From Candidatus Bathyarchaeota archaeon (GTDB taxonomy: Archaea; Thermoproteota; Bathyarchaeia; 40CM-2-53-6): a stretch of DNA of 64,000 nucleotides. A program made the position numbers and the translations under genes. The notes under the pieces were generated by a model. That model saw nothing but the letters and a program-made list of their open reading frames with translations. It was not told where the DNA came from and did not search any database. The stretch is taken from contig CAWHWX010000034.1 in NCBI GenBank assembly GCA_963833125.1, positions 1 to 64,000 on the forward strand, given 5' to 3'. Shown in pieces: positions 1-10,119 of this stretch; position 1 is the first letter of the stretch; every line of letters starts with the position of its first letter.

Positions 1-1167
1 AGGTGAAGTTATTGTTGCGCTTTCGTTCGCTGTCTTCCTAGGGCAGTTCATAATATCTCGGTATGCCCGCAGCGTAATTTCAAGGAAGAATGGGGTAATC
101 TTCGCGGTCTTCTGGTTCATCTTGTTTCTCTGGTTAGGGTTAGGTTACTATGCGCTACCCGTCCTACAGCTACCATTCATAAACGCGATTTGGATTAAGA
201 CTATGGACGTCTACAGGATCTGGCTCTACTTAGCGTTGCCCATGAGTGCACTTGTGGCGCGGGGTTTATTGCGTTCTGTTTCGAAGCTTCTCAATCGTCG
301 TCCATTATTCGTCATTATGTTCATCGCCTTAACAGTACTTCCGATCACGGTTAGCGTGGCCATGAAAATCAATTACGACTTGACCAACACAGTCAACGGT
401 GTCCTTCCCTATTCAACCGCGAACGCCGAGATTCCTCCAGAGATAATCAACTACTTCCGCAATGATGCTTCGCAAGGCAGAATCCTAGGAATCAACGTAC
501 CCTTCTGGATCTACGTCCTGCCATCCTACGTCAACAAAACGATCATCGATGGTTGGTATCCACAAACCAAACTCATTACCCCCCTTGTGAACGTCAACGA
601 CTACCGCTTAGACGATCTAGAAACTGCACCAAACCAGACTGCCCGGTTCGATGAATGGAGAAGCCTCATTTCGCAATCACAACTCCTCGACGTTACATGG
701 GTCATGATTGGTGACAACGGAACGTTGGCGGTGGGAACTCATGCACAACTTCAACTTCACGGAACAGCTGATCGTTCCATACGGTAGCGTCAACCTTGTA
801 GTATACAAATCGGCTCTGGTCCCGTCTTTTATAGAGACGAACTCATCAACCCTCAACCTGACAAGCACTTACAAACCCGAATCCGGATGAAATTATGATG
901 ACATTCCAACCCAATCAGGAGGCAACAACCGTAATCGTGAAGGAAGCATATTTCCCCACCTGGGCTGGGACAGCGAATGGGTCGCCGCTCGTCGTAGGCA
1001 GAGACGACATAACTGGCTATATCCTCCTAACCCTACCGCCAGGCACTAGTCAAGTGACCTTGTACCAAAGAGCAATGGGCACCCAATGGGACATAATCTC
1101 CATTACAGCCCTCATTCTCTGCCTCGCCTTCACAATTGCCACCCTTATCCGCTGGTCGGAAGGATAA
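1..1167 (+). CDS. Large membrane protein, 5'-truncated, YfhO/GT-C-like, with extracellular C-terminal domain; split by apparent frameshifts
   Basis: ORFs 122-787, 708-890 and 895-1167 read as one protein across frame changes. Hydrophobic N-part, GRILG...DGWYPQ segment, and YfhO-type end (VKEAYFPTW...LTLPPG + terminal TM helix). Confidence 0.55.
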
Positions 1168-2417
1168 TGATTAATCATCCATCTAGACCGAGTCCGGATG
1201 CTCTAGAGCAGTTCTTCGTAAGGGTAAGTATGCTGTTTGCCGCAGGTTTCATTTTCGCTGAAGGACTGCAAAATTGGATACGTGGAAGAGTGGAGACTCA
1301 TCCGGAGGTAGTGCTGCTCATCATTGTCAGCTACGCGCTCGCATTCGTCCTCTTCCTGCTCGCCACGGTCAACATGAAAGGCATCACGAGGCTGAGGGAT
1401 GCCACATTTGGATCGCTCATATTTGCGACGGTTGTTAGTTGGTACGTAGTAACGCAGATTGAGCATCCTGGAGCATATCAGACGGACGCTCTTGCATTCG
1501 TCCACTACTCCGCGATCCTGCTATCAAAAGGAATCAACCCATACCCACAAGACCTGCAATCCGCTCTCAGCATGTTCTCGGTAAGCCCCGAATTCATCAC
1601 ACTCACGCCCAATGGTAATCTCGTGAGTACGCTCAACTATCCTGCCCTTCAAGTGATTGCCTTCGTCCCAGCGGTTTGGGCAGGGTTAAGGGATGCGAGG
1701 CCCATAATTTACGTGTTCGAGATCGCAACCATCGTGATCATTTATCTTTGGTCTCCGAAGGAGATAAGGCCGTTAACATTAATCCCTCTTTTCGCAGGGT
1801 CTGATTTAGCAATAAATTTCTCAGCAGGCTCTATTGCGGATTTCATCTGGATTCTCCCATTAGTTCTGATGGTGGTATACATGGATCGACCGCTTGTGGC
1901 TGGAATTATGTTCGGACTTGCGAGCGCGGTAAAACAGACACCTTGGTTGCTAGCCCCCTTTCTTCTCATATGGTTCTTCAGGCGCGAGTCGAACCTCAAA
2001 CTGCAAACTCGTTTGAAGAGGGTGGGCGTGTTCACCGGGGCAGCAGTTGCGGCGTTCCTCATTCCGAATCTATGGTTCATGTTCAACGATTTTGGCGCTT
2101 GGTATTCGGGGGTGGTCACGCCTGCATTCGGTAATCTAGTTGTGCTTAGTCAAGGCCTTTCTTTGATTACTCTTGCAAGCGGCGTGCCATTGCCGCCTGC
2201 CTTCTATCTAGTGGCAACTGTCGCTGTGGCGGTAACGCTGGTTGTGGAATACTACGTTTACTTTGAGCGTCTAGCGTTCGCTCTTTGGGCCTTTCCTGCA
2301 ATAATCCTCTGGTTTTCTTACCGTGGCTTACAGAACTACTTCATCTTTTGGACACCGTTACTGGTGATGTCAGCCGTCATGCTATACAGGCGGAGCAACC
2401 TTGTCAGAAAAGCTTAG
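1167..2417 (+). CDS. Multi-TM GT-C-type glycosyltransferase (GT87/PIG-M/DUF2029-like)
   Basis: ATG 1167 overlaps the upstream TAA (TAATG). Motifs YQTD, GINPY, LNYP, KQTPW; many TM segments. Confidence 0.7.
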   Translation: MINHPSRPSPDALEQFFVRVSMLFAAGFIFAEGLQNWIRGRVETHPEVVLLIIVSYALAFVLFLLATVNMKGITRLRDATFGSLIFATVVSWYVVTQIEHPGAYQTDALAFVHYSAILLSKGINPYPQDLQSALSMFSVSPEFITLTPNGNLVSTLNYPALQVIAFVPAVWAGLRDARPIIYVFEIATIVIIYLWSPKEIRPLTLIPLFAGSDLAINFSAGSIADFIWILPLVLMVVYMDRPLVAGIMFGLASAVKQTPWLLAPFLLIWFFRRESNLKLQTRLKRVGVFTGAAVAAFLIPNLWFMFNDFGAWYSGVVTPAFGNLVVLSQGLSLITLASGVPLPPAFYLVATVAVAVTLVVEYYVYFERLAFALWAFPAIILWFSYRGLQNYFIFWTPLLVMSAVMLYRRSNLVRKA

Positions 2418-3249
2418 GCTCGCAGTAGGTGTAGCCGCCATTGCCTTCTGCATTCTCACCATTAGTTCTGCCTTCATAGTTTATTACGGCCAAGTTTTCC
2501 AGACTCCCCCGCTCCTCAACACGAACATGAAATTCTGGACAGTGGACCCAACCAAGAACATTCTAACCCCATACCTCTGGACAATCGACTTGATTCAAGG
2601 ACCTACAGACAACGCCACCGTCCTCCAAACCCAAGTCGCGGATCGCTCAGCCGTCGCTTTGAGGGTTATTCGAACCAATACAAACAACTCTCAAGTCTGG
2701 ACGACAGTCCATTTGCGCCAGGATGTGCAAGGGCAGGCATTGGAGGAAATCTTCAACTCAAAAATCACGCTTGACGTGTACCCTACCTTTGCATATTTGT
2801 ATAACAACGACACAAACAATCCAGAAACCACGTTTGGTGTCGAAATAAATGACGGAACGAATCTGGTATGGTACGTCTTCGCCGACCAACCGAGTCAAGT
2901 ATTCCAACTACCCCATCACAGAATCGTCTTAACACAAACGCCACTTAACACCTGGTCAACTCGAGAGATTGATATCGCAAGTCAATACGAGGTCGCGGGT
3001 TGGAAGATGCCCGAATCCATCTCATTCACCCTTATCCTTGGGACCACCTGGCTTCACCCAGGAAACTGGGTTGGCTATTTCACCGGTCTAACCGTGGACG
3101 TAGCCCCATTTCAAGCCCAAACTCTATCACAAACACAAACCCTAACCGTACTGTCCATCGACGCAATAGTCATCATACTCCTATGCATTGGCGTGGTGGC
3201 TAGCCACAAACGCAAGACATCAGGAAAGACACGAAGAAAGGTGAATTAG
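2401..3249 (+). CDS. Extracellular beta-rich protein with N- and C-terminal TM helices and a basic tail
   Basis: N-terminal hydrophobic segment, beta-rich middle, C-terminal TM followed by HKRKTSGKTRRK. Confidence 0.7.
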   Translation: MSEKLRLAVGVAAIAFCILTISSAFIVYYGQVFQTPPLLNTNMKFWTVDPTKNILTPYLWTIDLIQGPTDNATVLQTQVADRSAVALRVIRTNTNNSQVWTTVHLRQDVQGQALEEIFNSKITLDVYPTFAYLYNNDTNNPETTFGVEINDGTNLVWYVFADQPSQVFQLPHHRIVLTQTPLNTWSTREIDIASQYEVAGWKMPESISFTLILGTTWLHPGNWVGYFTGLTVDVAPFQAQTLSQTQTLTVLSIDAIVIILLCIGVVASHKRKTSGKTRRKVN

Positions 3250-3251
3250 TA

Positions 3252-3866
3252 ACGGACAGAAAGTCTGCTCGCGCAAAAGGCGCAAATGCCGTAAAGCCCG
3301 CCCTATCAATCCTAGAATTCGCCAAAGAGAACCTGTTCTCGATTCTATCAATAGGGTTCGGAGTGGCAGCCCTGGCCATGATTATCGGCGCAACACTTAC
3401 GCCCACGGGGCAAATTCTCGGTCAAAGTTTGGTGCTAATCGAGGTAGAGGTTCTTCCCGGCTTCTTCATGAAGCCAATCACCTTCTTTCAATTCAGCATG
3501 TTCCTCTCCTTCGCTTTCGGACTTTACACACCCTTAACGCGACGAAGGATGCTCTCGGCTAGGCCAAGCGTACTTAGAACAATGTACATTGGAGCTTGGC
3601 TGGTCGCCATGGGAAGCGGTTTCGAGATAATCTATCAAATGGTCCTCTGGTCTGCAGCGTTGGCCGTACAAGGCTTAGCAAACCCAGATGTTATCGCAAA
3701 CCCTTTCCCAGTTTCCGTCAACCCAACACCCATCAACGTAGTCTTCGCGTCGAAAGTAATCGTAGCAATATTCTTCATGTCCGCATTCCTCATCGACTAT
3801 ATCCACCGAATAGATCGTACTCAGCATGAGACTCGATTAATGGAGAGACTCGCAAGAAACAAGTAA
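3252..3866 (+). CDS. Hypothetical multi-TM membrane protein
   Basis: ORF 3363-3866 stays open upstream. GGTGA at 3240-3244 precedes an in-frame ACG at 3252; start is uncertain. Confidence 0.6.
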   Translation, partial: TDRKSARAKGANAVKPALSILEFAKENLFSILSIGFGVAALAMIIGATLTPTGQILGQSLVLIEVEVLPGFFMKPITFFQFSMFLSFAFGLYTPLTRRRMLSARPSVLRTMYIGAWLVAMGSGFEIIYQMVLWSAALAVQGLANPDVIANPFPVSVNPTPINVVFASKVIVAIFFMSAFLIDYIHRIDRTQHETRLMERLARNK

Positions 3867-3916
3867 GCTCCCCGCGCCACGATGATTACTGAACCCAAAC
3901 AGGACGATCATCACTA

Positions 3917-5101
3917 ATGCCGCCAATCGAGCATCGGATTAGAAAATTCTTCCTTAGCCTCTATCGTGAGTTTAAGACACGAGACGCATACCCACTCCTT
4001 TTCATAATATTTCCAATAATCTTCCTAATCGTAGCCGACCCTGCTTCTTTCACACTCGTATGGTTCGTAGGGCAACAAGTAGGACGGGCCGGAATCGCAT
4101 TCATCTTCTTCCTAGTCGCCTGGGACTTTCATGATTCACGCAAACGGTTCAAAGCTACACGCGACAAACGCCGCTACGTAATCGTAGCAATCATCCTCAT
4201 CGCGTTACTCGTCTACTATTACTTTCGAATTTTCAACGGGTTTTTCGTTCGCCCTCCAATCAACCCGGTTAACAATACGCCGATGGATACGGATTTCACA
4301 ACCTACCTGCGCGTTTATGTAACGAGCCATCTTGGCGTTTCCCAGGACTCGCCACTAAGTTTCCTTTTAGCAATGGACTATCTCACATACGCACTCTACT
4401 CCATTCTGGCAACTGCGATACTGTACTCGTCAAGCTCAATCCTCCTCATGGCAACACCCGTCATCTACACCGTCGGGAGTGCAGTTCTGGATATGATGGA
4501 CGCCTTCTTTCCCGAAAATTCCCTTGCATTCCTTCAGATCTGGGTATACCTAATCTGGAATGTCGTCGTTTTCTTACTTGGCTTAACCGGTTTCCAGACG
4601 AATACGAGTTCTGAACCCCTTAAGGGGCAACCCAAACTACCCAGCCTGTGGCTCCGAGGTAACCGCCTCTCAATCTATGGCTTGAAGGGCTACATGCCGC
4701 TCGTAATCTACTGGCCATCCTCAGGCGTGGTTAGCATGTTGGTTTACAGCCTCGTAATCCTCGTGCTCATGGTAAAGCTTGACGCGTCGAGAACCCGAAA
4801 GATCATCTACGCCGTAATCGGCGCGGCCGGAACATACTTCGTCAACGTAATCCGCATTACACTCATAGTCCTATACATCACGTACATCAGCCTAGATTTC
4901 GAAGCATTCCACGCATCCGTCGGCGAAGTCCTCTTCGTTATCTGGATATTCATCTACCTAATACTCGTCATACACTTCGAAAACACAAAAACGAAAAAAC
5001 AACCCACAACTCGAACCGCAAAACCCAAGGCGACAGCACGCACTCGCTCAAACGTTTCCCGACGCACCTGTGGAAAAGAACCCGAAAGTTTCGAGTGCTG
5101 A
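3917..5101 (+). CDS. Archaeosortase/exosortase-family transpeptidase, Ser-type (thaumarchaeosortase-like)
   Basis: IYWPSSGVVS (usual CSG site), FVNVIRI (Arg) and FHASVG (His) in exosortase order within a multi-TM protein. Confidence 0.85.
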   Translation: MPPIEHRIRKFFLSLYREFKTRDAYPLLFIIFPIIFLIVADPASFTLVWFVGQQVGRAGIAFIFFLVAWDFHDSRKRFKATRDKRRYVIVAIILIALLVYYYFRIFNGFFVRPPINPVNNTPMDTDFTTYLRVYVTSHLGVSQDSPLSFLLAMDYLTYALYSILATAILYSSSSILLMATPVIYTVGSAVLDMMDAFFPENSLAFLQIWVYLIWNVVVFLLGLTGFQTNTSSEPLKGQPKLPSLWLRGNRLSIYGLKGYMPLVIYWPSSGVVSMLVYSLVILVLMVKLDASRTRKIIYAVIGAAGTYFVNVIRITLIVLYITYISLDFEAFHASVGEVLFVIWIFIYLILVIHFENTKTKKQPTTRTAKPKATARTRSNVSRRTCGKEPESFEC

Positions 5102-5162
5102 AATATTTCCGAGTAACCGTAGGAAAGTTTCTAAAGACAGTTCCCGCTCACACGTGGGTTGA

Positions 5163-6503
5163 GTGCATCGCATGTCGGGTTACGGCTTGCGCGGTTTCGG
5201 ATCCCTAATTCGACGGGACACCGGGTTTCGAATCATAATCCTTGTAGCCTCAACTTTATGGATCTACAGCGCCCTCAGCAAGGTCCCATTCCTTGTCCCG
5301 AGTCATTACAGTGATGTGGGTTGGCTTTGGATTCGAGACGTGTACACGGGGCACCATAATCTAGAGATTCCTTACATTCAGTATGAGCTTGAATATCCGC
5401 AGATGATTGGCCTTCTAATCTATCTAGGCCAGGCCATATCGACGTACTTTCCAGCCGTTATCGACTCCTACAATACTTTCGTTGTCGTCGAAGGCCTGCT
5501 CGAATATCCATTCATGATCGGAACGATCTACAATCTCTACATGCTCTGCAACAAACTAAACCTAAGCCAGAACCGAATCTACCTTTACATGATCACGACG
5601 TTAACCTTCATCATATACGGCTTTTACAATTGGGACTTTCTAGTCGCCTACTTCGTCACCCTCTCGATCTGGCTATACTTGGATCAACGCTTCAACTGGG
5701 CAGCAGTTACCCTAACCTTAGGCGTGCTCACGAAGTTCACACCTGGCATAATGCTATTCCCTATGCTCGCGGGGTTGCAGACATGGAGAATGCGAGTCAA
5801 TTTCACCTTGACCGCAGCGATCGTCTGGCTCGCAGCTAACGTACCGTTCGCTGTTGCCAACTTCAATGTTTGGATAAAGCTCTTCATCGGATACAGCGGG
5901 CCTAACCATCAGCTTCAGAACACTTGGATATCGATGGTTATCTCCGCAGCAGGCCTCGGAGACATAATCTCGGGCGCTAGGGCAGGCCAGATACTGAGCC
6001 TCGGGCTATTCCTGTTCCTCACAATCTACGCGATATTCACCAAACACACGCCTCTGGAAAAGATATTGATGACCTGGTATGCTTGGTATGGCGCCGTATA
6101 CCTTTTCGATCCTCAGATGATGATTCAACTCATCCCCATTGTGATATTAACCCCGAACTTCAACCTCCTACTCTACAGGTTCGCTGACGTCCTTAATGCA
6201 TTCATAATCATGTTCTACTTCATTGGAAGCAGCCACCCCGAATTACCACGCTACTTGACCGACCAACTCACCCCGTTTGGTCTCACAAACTTGGAAGCCT
6301 CAATACGGCAACTAATCTTCCTCTCAGCCTACTTCGTGTGCTTCAACCCGAAACTGCAAACCGCTCTGAAGGGTATTGCGAAAAGGGCAGTATCTCCTCT
6401 TAATGTAGGAACTCCTAAACGAGGAACGAAAACTCGGCGAGATAAAACAAGCAGAGAGCCTAGCGAATCCAAATCTAGACGGCGTCTTAACGACGCTGAA
6501 TAG
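5163..6503 (+). CDS. GT87/DUF2029-like GT-C glycosyltransferase
   Basis: HYSDV...PY...EYP, NWDF, GVLTKFTP, ANVPF motifs; many TM helices. Confidence 0.75.
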   Translation: MHRMSGYGLRGFGSLIRRDTGFRIIILVASTLWIYSALSKVPFLVPSHYSDVGWLWIRDVYTGHHNLEIPYIQYELEYPQMIGLLIYLGQAISTYFPAVIDSYNTFVVVEGLLEYPFMIGTIYNLYMLCNKLNLSQNRIYLYMITTLTFIIYGFYNWDFLVAYFVTLSIWLYLDQRFNWAAVTLTLGVLTKFTPGIMLFPMLAGLQTWRMRVNFTLTAAIVWLAANVPFAVANFNVWIKLFIGYSGPNHQLQNTWISMVISAAGLGDIISGARAGQILSLGLFLFLTIYAIFTKHTPLEKILMTWYAWYGAVYLFDPQMMIQLIPIVILTPNFNLLLYRFADVLNAFIIMFYFIGSSHPELPRYLTDQLTPFGLTNLEASIRQLIFLSAYFVCFNPKLQTALKGIAKRAVSPLNVGTPKRGTKTRRDKTSREPSESKSRRRLNDAE

Positions 6504-6728
6504 CGTCATAGGCACCATCCGAGTGGTGGTCTTTCCTCAAGGATGAAACGAGTGACGGTAACGCCCCAAAAGTGAGGAAAAACCTCATAATCGGAAGGAT
6601 TTGCACCTGGTTCACAGTGGAATCAAGAAATGGTCCCACGTTCGTCGAAATTGAACTTCGTTGCGTAAAGACTGCTTAACTGGACAGTTCAGGCCTGAAT
6701 CGTCACTCAGGAATGTCTGGATGGTAGC

Positions 6729-8018
6729 TTGTTGAAGTCTTTAGTCTTCTTGGCTTTATTCGTTATGATTCTTCCATTGTGCCTCGCCTCCGTCCCTGTT
6801 CATGCGCAAGGGAGTAGTTTTCGGCTTGCAAACGCTCCAGTTTTGCAGGTATGGTTCGATGCGGCCCCTCAACTGACTACCGCCTATCCTCCTGCGTACT
6901 TGTTCAACGTGGCTGCGAAGACTTCTAATGGGCTTTGGATAACTAGCCTACACTGGGACTTTGGGGACGGTGCCACCCTGGATGTTCCATTTTCTGGTCA
7001 GAGCCAGGTCAGTGATCTTCGGGCACACCAATATGCGAGCAAAGCAAACTACTGCGTAACTGTTACCGCCTACGATAGCGGCGGCAACACGGCCGTGGCC
7101 AGTCAACCGCTAATGCCAAACTTTGATTTCACGCTGACGGCGACCCCAACAACGCAGACCGTCGCTCCTGGTGCATCGGCGTCCTACAATATTGCAGTTG
7201 GATCAGCGTTAGCGTGCAGCGGCCCAGTATCAGTTAACTTGGTCGTGTCCTCGCCCGCTCCACCGGGAGTCACTTGGAGTCTAAACCCTTCGTCGGGACA
7301 AACCGCGTTCACCTCAACGCTCCAAGTCCAGACCTCGACTTCCACGCCAAACGGAACCTACACGATCAGCGTGATTGGATCAAGCTCAAGCTTTGCGCAC
7401 ACGACCACGGTAACCCTCGTCGTACTTATCCCATCATTCACACTGTCTGTGAATCCAAGCTCCTTGTTCGTCCCCGCGCAACCAAATAGCCAACCGGGAC
7501 AGACAAACACGACCACTGTAACTGTTCAATCGATTAATGGTTTTAACAGCGCGGTTGCGCTCACCGCCTCAGGCGTTCCAAATGGGATGTCGTTAGGTTT
7601 CTCATCAGTCTCTGTCACTCCTCCACCGAATGGGCAAGCTACTTCCCTACTCACAATCGTTACGCCCTGCAGCGTTACGCCAGGATCATACCCAATAACC
7701 GTTCAAGGAAACGGCGGCGGAATCACAAGGCAAACAACTCTCAATGTTACCGTTAGCGCGTGTACGGCGGAACTGAACCTTCTCCCATTCATTATCGCCA
7801 GCCTCGTAGGATCACTGATCCTTATCCCGCTAATCTTCATCTTCGCCCGGACCGGTGGGGCTGCCGTTGTACCTGCTGTAGGTCCAGCACTGTATCCAGC
7901 CCCTCCTCCAATGGTCCCTGAGATAGTTCCATGCCCGATTTGCGGAAACCCACTCTCTCCTGTTGATGGTAGATGGTATTGCTCTACCTGTCATAGGCGA
8001 ATCTGGGTAACTCCATAA
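6729..8018 (+). CDS. Cell-surface protein: signal peptide, PKD domain, two Ig-like repeats, TM helix, cytoplasmic Pro-rich linker and Zn-ribbon
   Basis: WDFGDG PKD motif; two FTL(T/S)..P...TP.G(T/S)Y.I.V.G repeats; TM; CPICG...WYCSTC. Confidence 0.8.
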   Translation: MLKSLVFLALFVMILPLCLASVPVHAQGSSFRLANAPVLQVWFDAAPQLTTAYPPAYLFNVAAKTSNGLWITSLHWDFGDGATLDVPFSGQSQVSDLRAHQYASKANYCVTVTAYDSGGNTAVASQPLMPNFDFTLTATPTTQTVAPGASASYNIAVGSALACSGPVSVNLVVSSPAPPGVTWSLNPSSGQTAFTSTLQVQTSTSTPNGTYTISVIGSSSSFAHTTTVTLVVLIPSFTLSVNPSSLFVPAQPNSQPGQTNTTTVTVQSINGFNSAVALTASGVPNGMSLGFSSVSVTPPPNGQATSLLTIVTPCSVTPGSYPITVQGNGGGITRQTTLNVTVSACTAELNLLPFIIASLVGSLILIPLIFIFARTGGAAVVPAVGPALYPAPPPMVPEIVPCPICGNPLSPVDGRWYCSTCHRRIWVTP

Positions 8019-8092
8019 ACTGGCAGGTAACGTCCAGGTAACGGTTGTTAAGAGATTCCTCTTGTTTTTGTACGGAATTAGGTAGGGTGGCT

Positions 8093-8128
8093 CCACCCCT
8101 CGAGGGGTGGTGCCAAACGGTGCCAAAC
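8093..8128. repeat. 18-bp perfect palindrome followed by a tandem 10-mer
   Basis: CCACCCCTCGAGGGGTGG at 8093-8110; GGTGCCAAAC twice at 8109-8128; lies in a convergent intergenic gap. Confidence 0.7.
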
Positions 8129-8321
8129 GAAGATACCCCTCGCCCCATTTTACGCCCCGATCCCCCCAAACGAAGCAGTTTGCCGCAGCAACCAACAAGT
8201 TGACATTACCAATTAGCAAGATATCGCTCATGCGCCAGAATTCATCTACAAACAATTATGGTCGTAACTCCTTTCAACTGTAACCAATCCTTTCCCAACT
8301 TCCGCGTTAGGTTGGCTCTCA

Positions 8322-9065
8322 TTAATTCCTGGTAAGTTTCAACAGGTCGAGTATCATTTTCAGTGACTGCTTACCCAGGCTAAGCTTTGACTTCCCGGCG
8401 ACCCTATCCCTGAAAACAATTGGAACCTCAGTCATCTTGTACCCATCACGGTACGCTTTGATAACGAACTCCATGAAGAACGAATTCCCCTTCGACTCCG
8501 TCTCAACACTGTGAACTACCTCCCTTGTAACCGCCCGAAGCGCTGTCGTGAAGTCGTGCACTGGTACGCCTGAGAGTATGTGGATCAGAATGTTTCCGAG
8601 CCTGCTGGCCACACTCTTCTTCAATGTCTGAAAGGAGTTAACCTGATACTGTCCACCCTTGACATAACGCGAACCAACTACCAAATCGAACCCCTCCCTA
8701 ATCTTAGCCACGAATCTAGGAATGTCGTACGGGCTATGGGAAAAGTCGGTATCCATTCCGACAATTATGTCGCCGGAAGCGAACCTATACCCATCAGCGT
8801 GGGCGGAACCAGGTCCCAGCTTTGTTGGCCGCCACAGCAAACGAACGTTTCCATAGCGTCTTCCCAACTCCTTCGCAACTTCGCCCGGTCCCATCCGGAG
8901 AATTGTCATCAACCACAATGATTTCGCCCCTGATTCCATTGCTTGATAGTATGGTTTCGATGACAGGGACGAGGTTTGAGAGATTTTCTCGTTCATTATA
9001 CGTTGATAACACGACTGATACAAGTTCACCATGCGAAAGCGCCCGTGGCGGAGTGGATCGGCATA
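8322..9065 (-). CDS. GT2 polyprenol/dolichol-phosphate mannosyltransferase-like, frameshifted near 8890
   Basis: SVVLSTYNERENL...VVDDNSPDGT (8794-9012 frame) continues as MDTDFSH...VGSRY...FRDRVAGKSK (8322 frame). Start uncertain. Confidence 0.85.
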   Translation of the reverse strand, partial: YADPLRHGRFRMVNLYQSCYQRIMNEKISQTSSLSSKPYYQAMESGAKSLWLMTILRMGPGEVAKELGRRYGNVRLLWRPTKLGPGSAHADGYRFASGDIIVGMDTDFSHSPYDIPRFVAKIREGFDLVVGSRYVKGGQYQVNSFQTLKKSVASRLGNILIHILSGVPVHDFTTALRAVTREVVHSVETESKGNSFFMEFVIKAYRDGYKMTEVPIVFRDRVAGKSKLSLGKQSLKMILDLLKLTRN

Positions 9066-9153
9066 ATGGTCATTAGGCCTAGTTTCTACCTTATCGATAT
9101 AATTTCACGCCTGAACTTGCGAATTCAGAGCTACAGATGAAGGCATAGCCAGA

Positions 9154-10119
9154 TTGAAGAAGGTTCTTGTAACGGGTGGGGCAGGGTTCATAGGCAGTCA
9201 CCTAGTCGACACTCTTCTGGATCGCGGGGACGATGTGATCGTCCTGGATAATCTCAAGAGCGGAAAAATGGAAAACCTACGCCAAGCCGAACAGCGGGAA
9301 AGCTTCCACTTCGTTGAAGCGGACCTTAAGCACTTTCCAAACATCACAGAGGTCCTACACGGCGTCTCGATTGTCTACCATCTCGCGGCAAACCCCGAGG
9401 TACGAGTCGGAACAGTAGATCCCTCAGTCCATTTTGAGGAAAACCTCCTCGCAACCTTCAGGCTCCTTGAAGGGATGCGAGCCAGTCAAGAATCCAAAAC
9501 GATTGTGTTCGGGTCAACATCAACTGTTTATGGCGAAGCTACGCAGCTTCCCACGCCAGAAAACTATGGGCCGCTGCTTCCAATATCTACCTACGGGGCC
9601 TCCAAGCTTGGTTGCGAATCCCTCATCTCCTCATACGCCTACACGCATGGAATGAGGGGTTTGATACTTCGTTTAGGAAACTGTGTTGGCTCCAGATCAC
9701 GCCACGGGATCCTATGGGACTTCATCCAAAAGTTGAGAACCAATCCGAATGAGCTGGAAATCCTCGGCGACGGTACCCAAACAAAATCCTACGTTCACAT
9801 AACCGATTGCCTAAAAGCAATCTTCCTATCGGGTGAGTCTTTTCTACGCTCAGATAAGAGAGTTGAAGTCTATAATCTCAGTTCACCCGACCAGGTCAGT
9901 GTGAAACGAATCGCGGAAATTGTCGTGGAAGCTCTTGGCCTGAGAGATGTGAAGATGAAAGTCACAGGTGGTGTTGATGGGGGTCGCGGCTGGTTTGGGG
10001 ATGTGAAAGTGATGCAACTTTCAGTCACGAAATTGATGAAACTCGGCTGGCAGCCTAAATTCAACAGTGAAGGCGCAATCCAAGCCGCAGCCAGTGAACT
10101 AGTGACCGAGCATGCTTAA
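9154..10119 (+). CDS. NAD-dependent epimerase/dehydratase (UDP-glucose 4-epimerase-like)
   Basis: TGGAGFIGSH, HLAANP, YGASK extended-SDR motifs. Confidence 0.9.
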   Translation: MKKVLVTGGAGFIGSHLVDTLLDRGDDVIVLDNLKSGKMENLRQAEQRESFHFVEADLKHFPNITEVLHGVSIVYHLAANPEVRVGTVDPSVHFEENLLATFRLLEGMRASQESKTIVFGSTSTVYGEATQLPTPENYGPLLPISTYGASKLGCESLISSYAYTHGMRGLILRLGNCVGSRSRHGILWDFIQKLRTNPNELEILGDGTQTKSYVHITDCLKAIFLSGESFLRSDKRVEVYNLSSPDQVSVKRIAEIVVEALGLRDVKMKVTGGVDGGRGWFGDVKVMQLSVTKLMKLGWQPKFNSEGAIQAAASELVTEHA

